A program made the translations under genes and the position numbers. From the NCBI GenBank assembly GCA_036398155.1, contig DASWHO010000368.1, positions 1-52,557 on the forward strand: DNA of 52,557 nucleotides, written 5' to 3'. A model generated the notes under the pieces. The model was not told where the DNA came from. It saw only the letters and a program-made list of their open reading frames with translations, and made no database searches. This stretch comes from Acidobacteriota bacterium. GTDB taxonomy: Bacteria; Acidobacteriota; DASWHO01. Position 1 is the first letter of the stretch, and each line of letters begins with the position of its first letter. Below, piece by piece: positions 9,371 to 18,510 of this stretch.

Positions 9371-9889
9371 TCAATTATTGGAGCGCCGCTTCAAGACCGC
9401 GAACGGCGAGCTCGGTTCCGGAGTCGGGCACGAACACAGGCCCTGGTTGAGATCGGCGCCGCAGTGCGGGCACAGCCCGCGGCACTCCGGTTTGCAGATC
9501 GGTTTCATCGGTCGGACCAGAAACACCTGCTCCTGCACCAAGTCCTCGAGCTCGAGCTGCGGCTCGCGGTAGAAGCTGACCTCCAGCTCTTGGTCCTCGA
9601 TCGGCCACTCGCCTTCGCCCGGGGCATCCGATTGCGGCGCCATCAGCAGCTCGAAATGCAGATGCGGGTCGTACGGAAAGCGGCGCAGGCAGCGGCAGCA
9701 TTCCAGCTCCAGGCTCAGATCCAGATCCCCGTTGAGCCGAAAGCGGCGCGAGGCTCCTTGGACTTCGAGGTGCATGTGGGCCGGTCCCTGCGGATGGATG
9801 CCTTCGGAAGCGTAGCGCTCGTCCTCGAGCGGCACCAAGCCGTCGAAGACACGCAGTTTACGAGCGTACTCCTCTAGATCGATCCGCAT
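9371..9889 (-). CDS. yceD: DUF177 / YceD family 23S rRNA accumulation protein
   Basis: 172 aa, immediately upstream of rpmF. Contains an internal CCRCL motif and a C-terminal Cys cluster CKPECRGLCPHCGADLNQGLCSC. Confidence 0.85.
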   Translation of the reverse strand: MRIDLEEYARKLRVFDGLVPLEDERYASEGIHPQGPAHMHLEVQGASRRFRLNGDLDLSLELECCRCLRRFPYDPHLHFELLMAPQSDAPGEGEWPIEDQELEVSFYREPQLELEDLVQEQVFLVRPMKPICKPECRGLCPHCGADLNQGLCSCPTPEPSSPFAVLKRRSNN

Positions 9890-9925
9890 GGCTCAAGGGA
9901 GGATGGAGCAAAAAAGACTCGCCAA

Positions 9926-9954
9926 ATCCTAGAGATTCGGCCCTTCCCTGTCAA
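9926..9954 (-). promoter_or_regulatory. Candidate promoter for yceD-rpmF-plsX-fabG (TTGACA-17-TAGGAT)
   Basis: On the minus strand, TTGACA lies at 9954-9949, followed by a 17-nt spacer and TAGGAT at 9931-9926. This is about 35 nt upstream of the yceD ATG. Confidence 0.35.
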
Positions 9955-10008
9955 GCTGGCCGAACGTCACATTCCCGGGATGGCGCGCCTGAACCGCCGC
10001 CGGACGGT

Positions 10009-10335
10009 TTAGACGTACTTGTTAAGGACCGACTCGATCTTCTCCTTGGCCTGCAGCCCGACCAGGGTCTCCTGAACCATGCCGTTCTTGAACAGCAGCA
10101 GGGTCGGGATGCCGCGGATCTGGAAATTGCCGCTGACCTCGGCGTTCTCGTCGACATTGAGCTTGCCGACCTTGATCTTGCCGTCGTAGTTGGCGGCGAT
10201 CTCCTCGACCGTCGGAGCCAGGGCCCGGCACGGAGCGCACCAGACCGCCCAGAAATCGACCAGGGTGGGGATGTCGGATTTGAGCACCTCTTGTTCGAAA
10301 TTGCCGTCGGTAAACACCTGGACCTTGTTCGCCAT
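10009..10335 (-). CDS. trxA: Thioredoxin (active site WCAPC instead of WCGPC)
   Basis: 108 aa. The thioredoxin fold is recognised from FWAVWCAPCRALAP ... GIPTLLLFKNG. Confidence 0.9.
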   Translation of the reverse strand: MANKVQVFTDGNFEQEVLKSDIPTLVDFWAVWCAPCRALAPTVEEIAANYDGKIKVGKLNVDENAEVSGNFQIRGIPTLLLFKNGMVQETLVGLQAKEKIESVLNKYV

Positions 10336-10519
10336 GGATGTTCTCCTAACTCGTCATAGTCTGCATGACGGTCTAACGTTATGCCCTGGAAGTTTAACAG
10401 CTGCCGTTCCGCGCGCGCAGCCTTTGGAGCTCGCGGAACCAGGCAGCCTGCACGTCCACTTAGATGCTCCAGCGGGCCCAAGGATACACCAGCGGCGCCG
10501 GCGTCCGGCCCGCTCCGGA

Positions 10520-10546
10520 TGTAGGGGAGGGGCTTGTCCCCTCCCG
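10520..10546 (+). repeat. P3 hairpin repeat, consensus copy F
   Basis: Sequence tgtaggggaggggcttgtcccctcccg, directly after the stop of the B12-binding-domain gene. Confidence 0.9.
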
Positions 10547-10987
10547 TTAGGACTCGGTTTCGGAGGCTTCGGCGGCCCGCCGGGCCGCAATCCGGCTCTC
10601 GATATGGCGCGCGATCTCGGCCATCGCGGTACCGGGACCGAACACTCGATCGACCCCGAGCTCGATCAGCCCGGCCACGTCGGCTTCCGGAATGATCCCG
10701 CCGACCACGACCAGGACCTGTTCGAGCCCGCGCGCGCGCAGCTCGCGCATCAGGTCGGGCACCAGCGAGTTGTGGGCCCCGGACAGGATGCTGAGCCCGA
10801 GGACCTCGACATCTTCTTGCAGGGCGGCCTCCGCGATCATCGCCGCGCTCTGCCGGATCCCGGTGTAGATCACCTCCATGCCGGCGTCGCGCAGCGCCAG
10901 CGCGATGACCTTGATGCCGCGGTCGTGGCCGTCGAGACCCGGCTTGGCCAGCAGCACGCGGATCGGCGGTTGCAATCCCATCATCAA
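10547..10987 (-). CDS. Stand-alone cobalamin-binding domain protein (methylmalonyl-CoA-mutase C-terminal-domain-like)
   Basis: 146 aa. IRVLLAKPGLDGHDRGIKVIALALRDAGMEVIY carries the DxHxxG B12-binding signature, followed by LGLSILSG and VVVGGIIP. Confidence 0.85.
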   Translation of the reverse strand: MMMGLQPPIRVLLAKPGLDGHDRGIKVIALALRDAGMEVIYTGIRQSAAMIAEAALQEDVEVLGLSILSGAHNSLVPDLMRELRARGLEQVLVVVGGIIPEADVAGLIELGVDRVFGPGTAMAEIARHIESRIAARRAAEASETES

Positions 10988-11011
10988 CCGGTCCGGGCCT
11001 GCCGGGAGACG

Positions 11012-11038
11012 TGTAGGGGAGGGGCTTGTCCATCCCAG
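11012..11038 (+). repeat. P3 hairpin repeat, decayed copy G1
   Basis: Sequence tgtaggggaggggcttgtccatcccag. The 3' arm is disrupted. Confidence 0.75.
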
Positions 11039-11047
11039 AGAACGGAA

Positions 11048-11074
11048 TGTAGGGGAGGGGCTTGTCCCGTCCCG
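11048..11074 (+). repeat. P3 hairpin repeat, copy G2
   Basis: Sequence tgtaggggaggggcttgtcccgtcccg, with one stem mismatch. Confidence 0.85.
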
Positions 11075-11087
11075 AAAACGGGCTCCG

Positions 11088-11612
11088 TCATGTTCCCGAG
11101 GATCCAGATTCTCGCCGCCGCATCAGCCCGCGGAAGTGCGGCAGCAGGCGCCGGTAGGTTTCGCTCAACGCTTCCGGCACCACCCTCGCGTCGGCGACCG
11201 TGGCCATGAAGTTGGTGTCGCCGTTCCAGCGCGGCAGGACGTGCAGGTGCACGTGGCCGGCCACGCCGGCGCCGGCAACCCGGCCCAGATTGATTCCCAG
11301 GTTGAGTCCGTCGGGCCGGTAGCAGCGGCGCAGGATGGCCTCGGCCCAAGCCGCGAGGTCGATCATTTCGTGGGCAGCCGCGGCATCGAGCGCGGCCAGG
11401 CCCGGGCGATGCTGGAACGGAGCGATCATGAGATGGCCGCTGCAGTACGGAAAAGCGTTGAGCACCACCAGGCAGTTAGCCCCGCGATGCAGAATGCGAT
11501 GGCGCCGGTCGGAACGCGCGCGCGCCAGGCTGCAGAACAGACAGCCGCCGCGCGGCTTGCCGCTGGCGCGGCGGATGTAGGGAGCGCGCCAGGGCGCATA
11601 AAGGTACCTCAC
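11088..11612 (-). CDS. HIT-family nucleotide hydrolase/transferase (Ap4A-phosphorylase/GalT-like branch)
   Basis: 174 aa. Contains a CLFC Zn-like motif and the histidine triad region GHVHLHVLPRW. Confidence 0.8.
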   Translation of the reverse strand: MRYLYAPWRAPYIRRASGKPRGGCLFCSLARARSDRRHRILHRGANCLVVLNAFPYCSGHLMIAPFQHRPGLAALDAAAAHEMIDLAAWAEAILRRCYRPDGLNLGINLGRVAGAGVAGHVHLHVLPRWNGDTNFMATVADARVVPEALSETYRRLLPHFRGLMRRRESGSSGT

Positions 11613-11643
11613 TGCTTCGAGCCGGTGCGCGGGGCGGCGGGGC

Positions 11644-11922
11644 TCAAGGCGAGTTGATCAGTTCCTTGAGCTCTTTGCCGGGCTTGAAATAGGGGATCTT
11701 CTTGGCCGGCACGTCGACCATGGTGCCGGTTTTGGGGTTGCGCCCGCGACGCGATCGGCGGCTGCGCAGGCGAAACGAGCCGAAGCCGCGCAGCTCGATT
11801 TTCTCGCCTTTGTGCAGCGCGCCGATGATGGCCTTGAAGACCGTGTTGACCACGATCTCCGAATGTTTCTTGGTCAGGTCGGAAACGGCGGACACTTCTT
11901 CGACCAACTCGGCCTTGGTCAT
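11644..11922 (-). CDS. ihfB: Integration host factor beta-like HU/IHF family DNA-binding protein
   Basis: 92 aa. IELRGFGSFRLRSRRSRRGRNPKTGTMVDVPAKKIPYFKPGKELK. Lies directly downstream of rpsA, as in the conserved rpsA-ihfB arrangement. Confidence 0.85.
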   Translation of the reverse strand: MTKAELVEEVSAVSDLTKKHSEIVVNTVFKAIIGALHKGEKIELRGFGSFRLRSRRSRRGRNPKTGTMVDVPAKKIPYFKPGKELKELINSP

Positions 11923-12012
11923 GCCCTGGCTCCTTAAAGCGGCACGGACACGTCGCCGGCGCGGCGCTGCGCCGAGCTCGGGTGCACGGCACGGTTCGGG
12001 CCGCGACGCATC

Positions 12013-13863
12013 CTATTCATCGAGGTCTTGATCGTAATTGCGATAGTCTTGGAAGTCGTCGTCCTCGACCCGCGGCCGGCGGCCCCGCTTCTTCTCGCGG
12101 CGACCGATCGAATCGCGGCCCGGGAAATCTCCGACCACGTCCCCGAAGCTGATCTTGCGCTCGTTCATGTAGTCGATGTACTGGCCGAGCTCGTGTTGGC
12201 GCACGTCCTGTTTCATGGCCTTGACGCTCAGGCCGACTTTCTTGTCGGGTTGATCCAGCTTGATGATCTTCATGGTCAGCTTGTCGCCGACCTTGAAGCG
12301 GTCTTCGAGGTTGTCGACGTGCCCCTCGTCGATCTCGGAGATGTGCACCAGACCTTCGATGCCCTCCGCGATCTCGACGAACGCGCCGAATTTGGTCAGC
12401 TTGGTGATGGTGCCTTCCACCACCTGCCCGAGATGATGGTTGCTGAAGAACTCGTCCCAGATGTTGGGCTGCAGCTGCTTGAGCCCGAGCGAGAGGCGCT
12501 GGTTGTCGGCGTCGATGTTGAGGATCACTGCGGTGACCGAGTCGCCCTTCTTGAGCACCTCGGACGGGTGCCGCACCTTCTTGGTCCAGCTCATGTCGGA
12601 GACGTGGATCAAGCCGTCGATGCCTTCGGCGATCTCGACGAACGCGCCGAAATCGGTCAGGTTGCGGACCTTGCCTTCGACCTTGTCGCCGGGCTTGTAG
12701 CGCTGCTTGATCAGCTTCCACGGGTTGGGCTCGGTCTGCTTGAGCCCCAGCGAGATGCGCCGCGCGCCGACGTCGATGTCGAGCACCGCGGCCTCCACCA
12801 TGTCGCCGACCGCGAGCACCTTGGAGGGGTGCTTGAGCCGCTTGTTCCACGACATCTCGGAGACATGGATCAGCCCTTCGACACCCTGTTCGAGCTCGAC
12901 GAAGGCGCCATAATCGGTCAGCGAAACGACCTTGCCCTTGACCTTGGAGTGGACCGGATACTTGTCGGGCACCGCCTGCCAAGGATCGGGGCTGCGCTGC
13001 TTGTAGCCCAGCGAGACCCGCTCGCTCTCGGGATCGAACTTGAGCACCACCACCTCGACCTCGTCGCCGACCACGAACAGCTCGGAGGGGTGATTGACCC
13101 GCCCCCAGGACATGTCGGTGATGTGCAGCAGGCCGTCGATGCCGCCCAGGTCAATGAAGGCGCCGTACTCGGTGATGTTCTTGACCACGCCGTTCAAGAG
13201 CTGGCCTTCTTTGAGCACCTTGAGCGTCTCGCGCTTCTTGGAGGCGTTCTCCTCTTCGACCACCGCCTTGCGCGACAGCACGATGTTGCCGCGCTTCTTG
13301 TTGACCTTGAGCACCTTCATGCGGAACTCTTTGCCGCGCAGGCTGTCGAGATCGCGCACCGGCCGGACATCGATCTGCGAGCCGGGCAAGAAGGCGCGCA
13401 CGCCGATATCGACCGATAGGCCGCCCTTGACCCGCTCGATCACCTTGCCGGTCACGGTGCGGTTTTCGCGGTAGGCGCCCTCGACTACATCCCAAATTTT
13501 CATCTTCTCGGCACGGTCCTTGGAGGCGAGGACGTAGCCGTTTTCGTCTTCCATCTGCTCGAGCAGAACTTCGATCTGATCACCGGCTTGCACGGTGATC
13601 GCGCCGCTCGAGTCGCGGAACTCGTGCAGCGGCACCACCCCCTCGCTCTTGTAGCCGATATCGACCAGGACCTCTTTTTCGGTGACCTGAAGCACCGTGC
13701 CGGGCACCACGCGCCCCGGCGTGAATCGCTGCTGAGCGAAGTCCATGCTCTCCATCAGCGTGGCCATGTCCGGCCCATCGGATTGCGGCGTCGACTCTCG
13801 CCCCGAAGCGTGCTTCCCCGTCTCCTTCATCGGGGAAACACCCAGATCTTTAGTAACGTCCAT
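12013..13863 (-). CDS. rpsA: 30S ribosomal protein S1
   Basis: 616 aa with six S1/OB repeats (recurrent G-x-V-x3-T-x-[FY]GAF[VI][DE][LI] blocks). A GAGGAGG RBS lies upstream. The C-terminal tail is basic then acidic. Confidence 0.95.
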   Translation of the reverse strand: MDVTKDLGVSPMKETGKHASGRESTPQSDGPDMATLMESMDFAQQRFTPGRVVPGTVLQVTEKEVLVDIGYKSEGVVPLHEFRDSSGAITVQAGDQIEVLLEQMEDENGYVLASKDRAEKMKIWDVVEGAYRENRTVTGKVIERVKGGLSVDIGVRAFLPGSQIDVRPVRDLDSLRGKEFRMKVLKVNKKRGNIVLSRKAVVEEENASKKRETLKVLKEGQLLNGVVKNITEYGAFIDLGGIDGLLHITDMSWGRVNHPSELFVVGDEVEVVVLKFDPESERVSLGYKQRSPDPWQAVPDKYPVHSKVKGKVVSLTDYGAFVELEQGVEGLIHVSEMSWNKRLKHPSKVLAVGDMVEAAVLDIDVGARRISLGLKQTEPNPWKLIKQRYKPGDKVEGKVRNLTDFGAFVEIAEGIDGLIHVSDMSWTKKVRHPSEVLKKGDSVTAVILNIDADNQRLSLGLKQLQPNIWDEFFSNHHLGQVVEGTITKLTKFGAFVEIAEGIEGLVHISEIDEGHVDNLEDRFKVGDKLTMKIIKLDQPDKKVGLSVKAMKQDVRQHELGQYIDYMNERKISFGDVVGDFPGRDSIGRREKKRGRRPRVEDDDFQDYRNYDQDLDE

Positions 13864-13967
13864 GGAAGTTGAAGTCCTCCTCGTTCACGACTCTTAGATT
13901 CCCTTGCGCAGCGCCGGGTGCTGGCGGCGGACACGACGCCTAAGGGTATGAATTTTGATAACTTAGG

Positions 13968-13997
13968 ATGATATCCGCGGGTTTGTTCGTCTGTCAA
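13968..13997 (-). promoter_or_regulatory. Candidate rpsA promoter (TTGACA-18-TATCAT) with a leader of about 100 nt
   Basis: On the minus strand, TTGACA lies at 13997-13992 and contains the rluB TGA stop. An 18-nt spacer follows, then TATCAT at 13973-13968. Confidence 0.45.
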
Positions 13998-14779
13998 GCG
14001 AGACCCGGTTTTCGGGGGTTGGACCCCGAGGGGGGAGCTTCTGCGCCGGCCGCTTGCTGGAGGGCCAGCACCTCGCGGCGGGTCAGCTCCCGCAGCGCGC
14101 CCGGAGCCAGCTTGCCCAGCTCCAGCGGCCCGATTCGGATGCGCTGCAGCTTGAGCACCGGGTGGCGGGCGTAGAGAAACATCCTGCGGATCTGTTGATT
14201 GCGGCCCTCGCGCAGGGCGATCTCGAGCCAGGTATGGCGGCCGGTCCCGAGCCGGCGGATCTTGCACGGCCGGGTGCGCTTGCGGTCCAAGACCACGCCG
14301 CGCCGCAGCCGCTCCAGCGCCGCTTCGCTGGGGTCGCCCTCGACCTTGACCCGATAGACCTTCTCGCAGCCGAATCGAGGGTGCGTCAGCCGTTGGGCCA
14401 GCTCCCCGTCGTTGGTCAAAAGCAGCAGGCCGGTGCTGCGATAGTCGAGCCGGCCGACCGGATAGAGGCGCTCGGGCTCGGCCCGAACCAGGTCGAACAC
14501 GGTCGGGCGGCCGCGCGGATCCGCGCGCGTGCTGAGCACCGCCTCCGGCTTGTGGAACGCCAGGTAGCGCGGCCGCTCCGGCCGCACCGGCCGGCCGTCG
14601 ACCTGGACCCGATCGCGGGCCGGATCGACGCGCCGGGCCAAGTCCGACAGCCGCTCGCCGTTGACCGTGACCCGGCCCTCGCGCACCAGCTGCTCGGCAT
14701 GGCGCCGCGAGGCGACCCCGGCGTGGGCCAAGAACTTGCCGATCCGGAGCGTTGAGATCGGGCTCGCCGCGCGGCTCAT
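13994..14779 (-). CDS. rluB: 23S rRNA pseudouridine synthase, RsuA/RluB family
   Basis: The internal ATG at 14779 (MSRAASPISTLRIGKFLAHAGVASRR...) forms an ATGA overlap with the scpB stop. It has an S4 domain and the catalytic motif GRLDYRSTGLLLLTNDG. The longer track ORF (to 15241) is an over-extension into scpB. Confidence 0.85.
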   Translation of the reverse strand: MSRAASPISTLRIGKFLAHAGVASRRHAEQLVREGRVTVNGERLSDLARRVDPARDRVQVDGRPVRPERPRYLAFHKPEAVLSTRADPRGRPTVFDLVRAEPERLYPVGRLDYRSTGLLLLTNDGELAQRLTHPRFGCEKVYRVKVEGDPSEAALERLRRGVVLDRKRTRPCKIRRLGTGRHTWLEIALREGRNQQIRRMFLYARHPVLKLQRIRIGPLELGKLAPGALRELTRREVLALQQAAGAEAPPSGSNPRKPGLA

Positions 14780-15435
14780 CCGGATTCGGCCGGCGGCTCG
14801 ATGGCCGGCTCCCGCTCGGCCGACCGCTCGGCAGCGGCCGGCGCGGCGGTTTCCTGGGCCGGTGCGGTATCGGGCTGGAACGGATTCGGCGATCCCTCCT
14901 GCGCCTCGGCCAGCTTTTGGAATTCCTCCAAGGTCGGCAGATCGGTGAGGTCCTTGAGCCCGAAGTAGAGCAGGAATTCCTTGGTGGTGACGTAGATCAG
15001 GGGCCGGCCCAGAGCTTCGCGCCGGCCCGCGATCCGGATCAGGCGCCGCTCGAGCAGGGTGCGCAGCACCGCCCCCGAATCCACCCCGCGCAGCTCGGAG
15101 ATCTCCTGGAGGGTGATCGGCTGGCGGTAGGCGATGATCGCCAGGGTCTCGAGCGCGGCGCGCGACAGCGAGCGGCGCAGCTTGTCGTGGTACAGCACCT
15201 CGATCACCGGGCCGAACTCGGGCCGGGTCTCGAAGCGCCACCCGCCGGCCACTTCGACCAGGCGCAGCCCGCGGACCGCGGTGTTGGTCGACTCGCGGAG
15301 CTGCTCGAGGGCGCGCTCCAAATCGGCGGGCTGTTCGGGTTTGAGCACCCGCAGCAGCTCGGCGGTGGTGATCGGTTCCTCGGCGGCGTAGATCAGTGCC
15401 TCGGCGGCGGCGCCCAGCAGATCCAGGTCTTCCAT
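14776..15435 (-). CDS. scpB: Segregation and condensation protein B
   Basis: 219 aa. ALIYAAEEPIT, the winged-helix repeats ETLAIIAYRQPITLQEISELRGV, and GRPLIYVTTKEFLLYFGL. Confidence 0.9.
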   Translation of the reverse strand: MEDLDLLGAAAEALIYAAEEPITTAELLRVLKPEQPADLERALEQLRESTNTAVRGLRLVEVAGGWRFETRPEFGPVIEVLYHDKLRRSLSRAALETLAIIAYRQPITLQEISELRGVDSGAVLRTLLERRLIRIAGRREALGRPLIYVTTKEFLLYFGLKDLTDLPTLEEFQKLAEAQEGSPNPFQPDTAPAQETAAPAAAERSAEREPAIEPPAESG

Positions 15436-15443
15436 GGCTATTT

Positions 15444-16238
15444 CTATTCCTTCTTGTCGAAGTCCGATTCCTGTTGCTCGAGGATCTGCTCGGCCTGCTC
15501 GGCGGCGAGCTTCGAGCGCATCGTGATGTCGCCCAGCGGTTGGACCTGGAGCACCTGCACCAGGCCCAGGCGCAGCAGCTCCAGCACCGCCAGGAAGGTG
15601 ACGATCAGCTCGATGCGGCTGCGGCAGGCGCGAAACTGCTCCAGCAGGTCCAGATCCTGGTCCTGGCGCAGGCGTCCGAGCAGGCCGCGCATCTTCTCTT
15701 TGACCGAGACCGGCTCGGGCGCCACCTCGAGGTAGCTTTCGGCCTCTTTGCGGCGCAGCATCTGGTTGTAGGCCTGCAGCAGGTCGAACAGGTTGACTTC
15801 GAGGAAAGTGTTCTCCGATTTGAGAATCTCTTTGAGCGCGCTGTCGGGCCGCCCGAGCGCGAAACGCTGCTTCTGCTCGCGGCCCTGCAAGTTTTGTACG
15901 ATCTCTTGCAGCGCCTGGTGCTCGATCAGCTGGCGCACCAGCTGCTCGCGCGGGTCGGCGGCCGGCTCGGCGCCGGGCTCCTCGGGCTGGCCGTAGTTGG
16001 GCAGCAGCATGCGCGACTTGATCTGCGCCAGGGTCGCGGCCATCAGCAGATACTCCCCGGCGATCGCCAGATCGAGCGCCTGCCAGCCGCGCACGATCGA
16101 GCCGAATTGGTGCGCGACCTCGGCGATCGGAATCTGGTGCAGGTCGATCTCGCGGCTGCGGACCAGATGCAACAGCAGATCGAGCGGACCCTCGAAGCTT
16201 TGCAGCTGGAGCTTGAACTGAGGAGCATCGGCGGCCAC
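15444..16238 (-). CDS. scpA: Segregation and condensation protein A
   Basis: The ScpA signature FKLQLQSFEGPLDLLLHLV lies near the proposed GTG start at 16238. The track ORF (to 17540) over-extends through the M50 gene. The start codon choice is uncertain and there is no strong RBS. Confidence 0.8.
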   Translation of the reverse strand: MAADAPQFKLQLQSFEGPLDLLLHLVRSREIDLHQIPIAEVAHQFGSIVRGWQALDLAIAGEYLLMAATLAQIKSRMLLPNYGQPEEPGAEPAADPREQLVRQLIEHQALQEIVQNLQGREQKQRFALGRPDSALKEILKSENTFLEVNLFDLLQAYNQMLRRKEAESYLEVAPEPVSVKEKMRGLLGRLRQDQDLDLLEQFRACRSRIELIVTFLAVLELLRLGLVQVLQVQPLGDITMRSKLAAEQAEQILEQQESDFDKKE

Positions 16239-16258
16239 GGCCCGGTCCCGAACGGAGC

Positions 16259-16918
16259 TTAACCCCCCGCGGGGGCGGTCAGCCAGCGGGTGAGCGGCAG
16301 CACCACGGCGCGAAACAGGCCGCTGATCACGCCCGAGAACATCAGCGCATACAGGACGAAGATGCCGTAGGGACGGATGCTTTCGAGCCCCCGCACCGCG
16401 GCATCGGGCAGCACCCCTTGGAGCACGCCGCCGCCGTCGAGCGGCGGCACCGGAATCAGGTTGAACACCGCCAGCGCCAGGTTGATCAACACCCCGAAGT
16501 AGGACAGCACCAGCAGCGGCTCGACGTATCCGGGCAGCTCGGTGGCGCCGCTGGCTCCGATCCGCACCAGCTGGAGCAGGGCCGCGAATCCGATCGCCTG
16601 GAGCAGGTTGCTGGCCGGACCGGCGCCGGCGATCAGCATCCAGTCGCGCCGCGGATCGGACAGGTAGCGCGGGTTGAACGGCACCGGCTTGGCCCAGCCG
16701 AGGACCGGGATGCCGAAGAAGATCGCCAGCAGCGGAAACACCACCGTGCCGAACAGGTCGATGTGGACCAGCGGGTTGAGCGAGATCCGGCCCAGCATCC
16801 GCGCGGTCGGATCGCCGAGCCGGTTGGAGGTCCAGGCATGGGCCGACTCGTGGACCGTCAGCGCCAGGATCAGCACCACGAACTGGATCATCCCGAGCCG
16901 CAGATCGACGTTTGGCAT
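16259..16918 (-). CDS. Site-2-protease-family (peptidase M50) membrane metalloprotease
   Basis: Has the HESAH (HExxH) motif in TM1 and the NLIPVPPLDGG motif. The start was chosen at the internal ATG 16918 (MPNVDLRLGMIQFVVL...), because the longer ORF would read through the P3 repeat at 16946-16972. Confidence 0.85.
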   Translation of the reverse strand: MPNVDLRLGMIQFVVLILALTVHESAHAWTSNRLGDPTARMLGRISLNPLVHIDLFGTVVFPLLAIFFGIPVLGWAKPVPFNPRYLSDPRRDWMLIAGAGPASNLLQAIGFAALLQLVRIGASGATELPGYVEPLLVLSYFGVLINLALAVFNLIPVPPLDGGGVLQGVLPDAAVRGLESIRPYGIFVLYALMFSGVISGLFRAVVLPLTRWLTAPAGG

Positions 16919-16945
16919 GGATCGGATTGGGCGCCTGCAAGGCCC

Positions 16946-16972
16946 GGTAGGGGAGGGGCTTGACCCCTCCCG
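16946..16972 (+). repeat. P3 hairpin repeat, copy H
   Basis: Sequence ggtaggggaggggcttgacccctcccg. Confidence 0.9.
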
Positions 16973-17050
16973 AGCCTGTGGCCGACTGGCTAATCCTATC
17001 AGTCGTCCGCTGGCGCCGTCGAGCAAGGGGGCGCGCCAGAGCGAGAGGGT

Positions 17051-18256
17051 TCAGAGCGACGGTTGTTGCGCGCGGTAGTGCTCGAGGCCGGCGAGGAAGA
17101 CTTCCATCGCGCGCTTGAGCTTGGCGGCTTCGAGCACATACGCCATCCGCACCTCGTCGCGGCCGGCGCCGGCGGTGGCGTAGAAGCCGCCGGCCGGGGC
17201 GACCAGCACCGTCTCGCCGTCGACCTGATGGTCGGTGAGCAGCCAGCGGGCGAAGTCGTCGGAGTCCCGCACGCCCTTCATCTTGACCATCATGTAGAAG
17301 GCGCCGCGCGGCTTCTGCAGCACGATGCCGGGGTCGCGGGTCAGCGCCTCGAACATCTCGTCGCGCCGCCCCTGGTACTCTTCGCGCACCGCGTCGAAAT
17401 AGCTCTCGTCGAGCTGATAGGCGGCCACCGCGCCGAGCTGCTCGAGGGTGGGCGGGCAAAGCCGCGCCTGGCCGAATTTGAGAAAGGCCGCCATCAGCGC
17501 GCGGTTGCGGGTCACCAGCGCGCCGACCCGCGCGCCGCAAGCCGAGAAACGCTTGGAGATCGAATCGACGACGATCACCCGCTCGCGCACCGGCGCCAGC
17601 TCCAGCATCGAACGGTGCTTACGGTCGTCGTAGGTGAATTCCTTGTAGACCTCGTCGGCGATCACGAACAGATCGTGGCGCTGTGCGAAGGCGGCCAGGC
17701 GCTCCAGCTCTTCCCACCCGAGCACGGTGCCGGTGGGGTTGTTGGGCGAGCAGATCAGCACCGCGCGGGTGCGCGGCGAGATCGCGGCCTCGAGCTGCGC
17801 GTCGGGCGGCAGATGAAAGCCGTCCTCGGCCCGCGTGCGCACCGGGACCACGCGCAGATTGGCCAGCGCGGCGTAGCCGTTGTAGTTGGTGTAGAACGGT
17901 TCCGGAATCAGGATCTCGTCGCCGGCGTCGGCGACCGCGCTGAGAGCGAACAGGATCGCTTCGGAGCCGCCGTTGGTGATCAGGATTTCGCCGGGCTCGA
18001 GCTCGATTTTGTAGCGCGCGAAATATTCGCACATCGCGCGGCGCAATTCCGGCAGCCCGTCCGAAGGCCCGTAGGCGAGCACCGGTCCCTCGAAGCTGCT
18101 CACCGCGCGCAGAAACTCGGGCGGCGTGGGCACGTCGGGCTGGCCGATGTTGAGGTCGAACATCCGTACCCCGCGGCGCCGCGCCTCGCGCGCCAGCGGC
18201 GCCAGCTTGCGGATCGGCGACTCTTGGATGCTGTCGGCGCGGCGCGAGAGTTTCAT
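17051..18256 (-). CDS. Class I/II PLP-dependent aminotransferase (aspartate/aromatic aminotransferase-like)
   Basis: 401 aa from the internal ATG at 18256 (MKLSRRADSIQESPIRKL...). Contains ITNGGSEA, IPEPFYTNY and the PLP-lysine region SISKRFSACGARVG. Confidence 0.9.
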   Translation of the reverse strand: MKLSRRADSIQESPIRKLAPLAREARRRGVRMFDLNIGQPDVPTPPEFLRAVSSFEGPVLAYGPSDGLPELRRAMCEYFARYKIELEPGEILITNGGSEAILFALSAVADAGDEILIPEPFYTNYNGYAALANLRVVPVRTRAEDGFHLPPDAQLEAAISPRTRAVLICSPNNPTGTVLGWEELERLAAFAQRHDLFVIADEVYKEFTYDDRKHRSMLELAPVRERVIVVDSISKRFSACGARVGALVTRNRALMAAFLKFGQARLCPPTLEQLGAVAAYQLDESYFDAVREEYQGRRDEMFEALTRDPGIVLQKPRGAFYMMVKMKGVRDSDDFARWLLTDHQVDGETVLVAPAGGFYATAGAGRDEVRMAYVLEAAKLKRAMEVFLAGLEHYRAQQPSL

Positions 18257-18385
18257 CTCGATCCCGATCCCCAGTATTTGGGAGCCTAGCCCGAGGCGGT
18301 CGGAATTACAATCTGGCCCCGGCGCCGCATGAGAAGGCCGCCTTGGCAGCAAAGTCCAACCCAGCGCCTATTCGCAGGGGTGGAG

Positions 18386-18421
18386 CCGGGTGGCATGGGC
18401 ACGCGCAGCGCGCCCATGGAC
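18386..18421. repeat. P1 repeat, copy B1 (loop type alpha)
   Basis: Sequence ccgggtggcatgggcacgcgcagcgcgcccatggac. Confidence 0.9.
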
Positions 18422-18510
18422 AAGAGAGCTCACGAGATCAAAATCCCATCGGCGACTATGAGCCAGGCCGTCGGTTACATCTTCGGGGCTGATTTCGGCA
18501 CGTCAAGGCC

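Noticed and set aside
13994-17540. Long track ORFs 13994..15241 (415 aa) and 15444..17540 (698 aa), suggesting much larger RluB and ScpA proteins.
   Set aside because: The N-terminal extensions overlap scpB and the M50 and aminotransferase genes in other frames, and they translate to Arg/Pro/Gly junk. Internal starts (ATG 14779 with an ATGA overlap, GTG 16238) give proteins of normal length.
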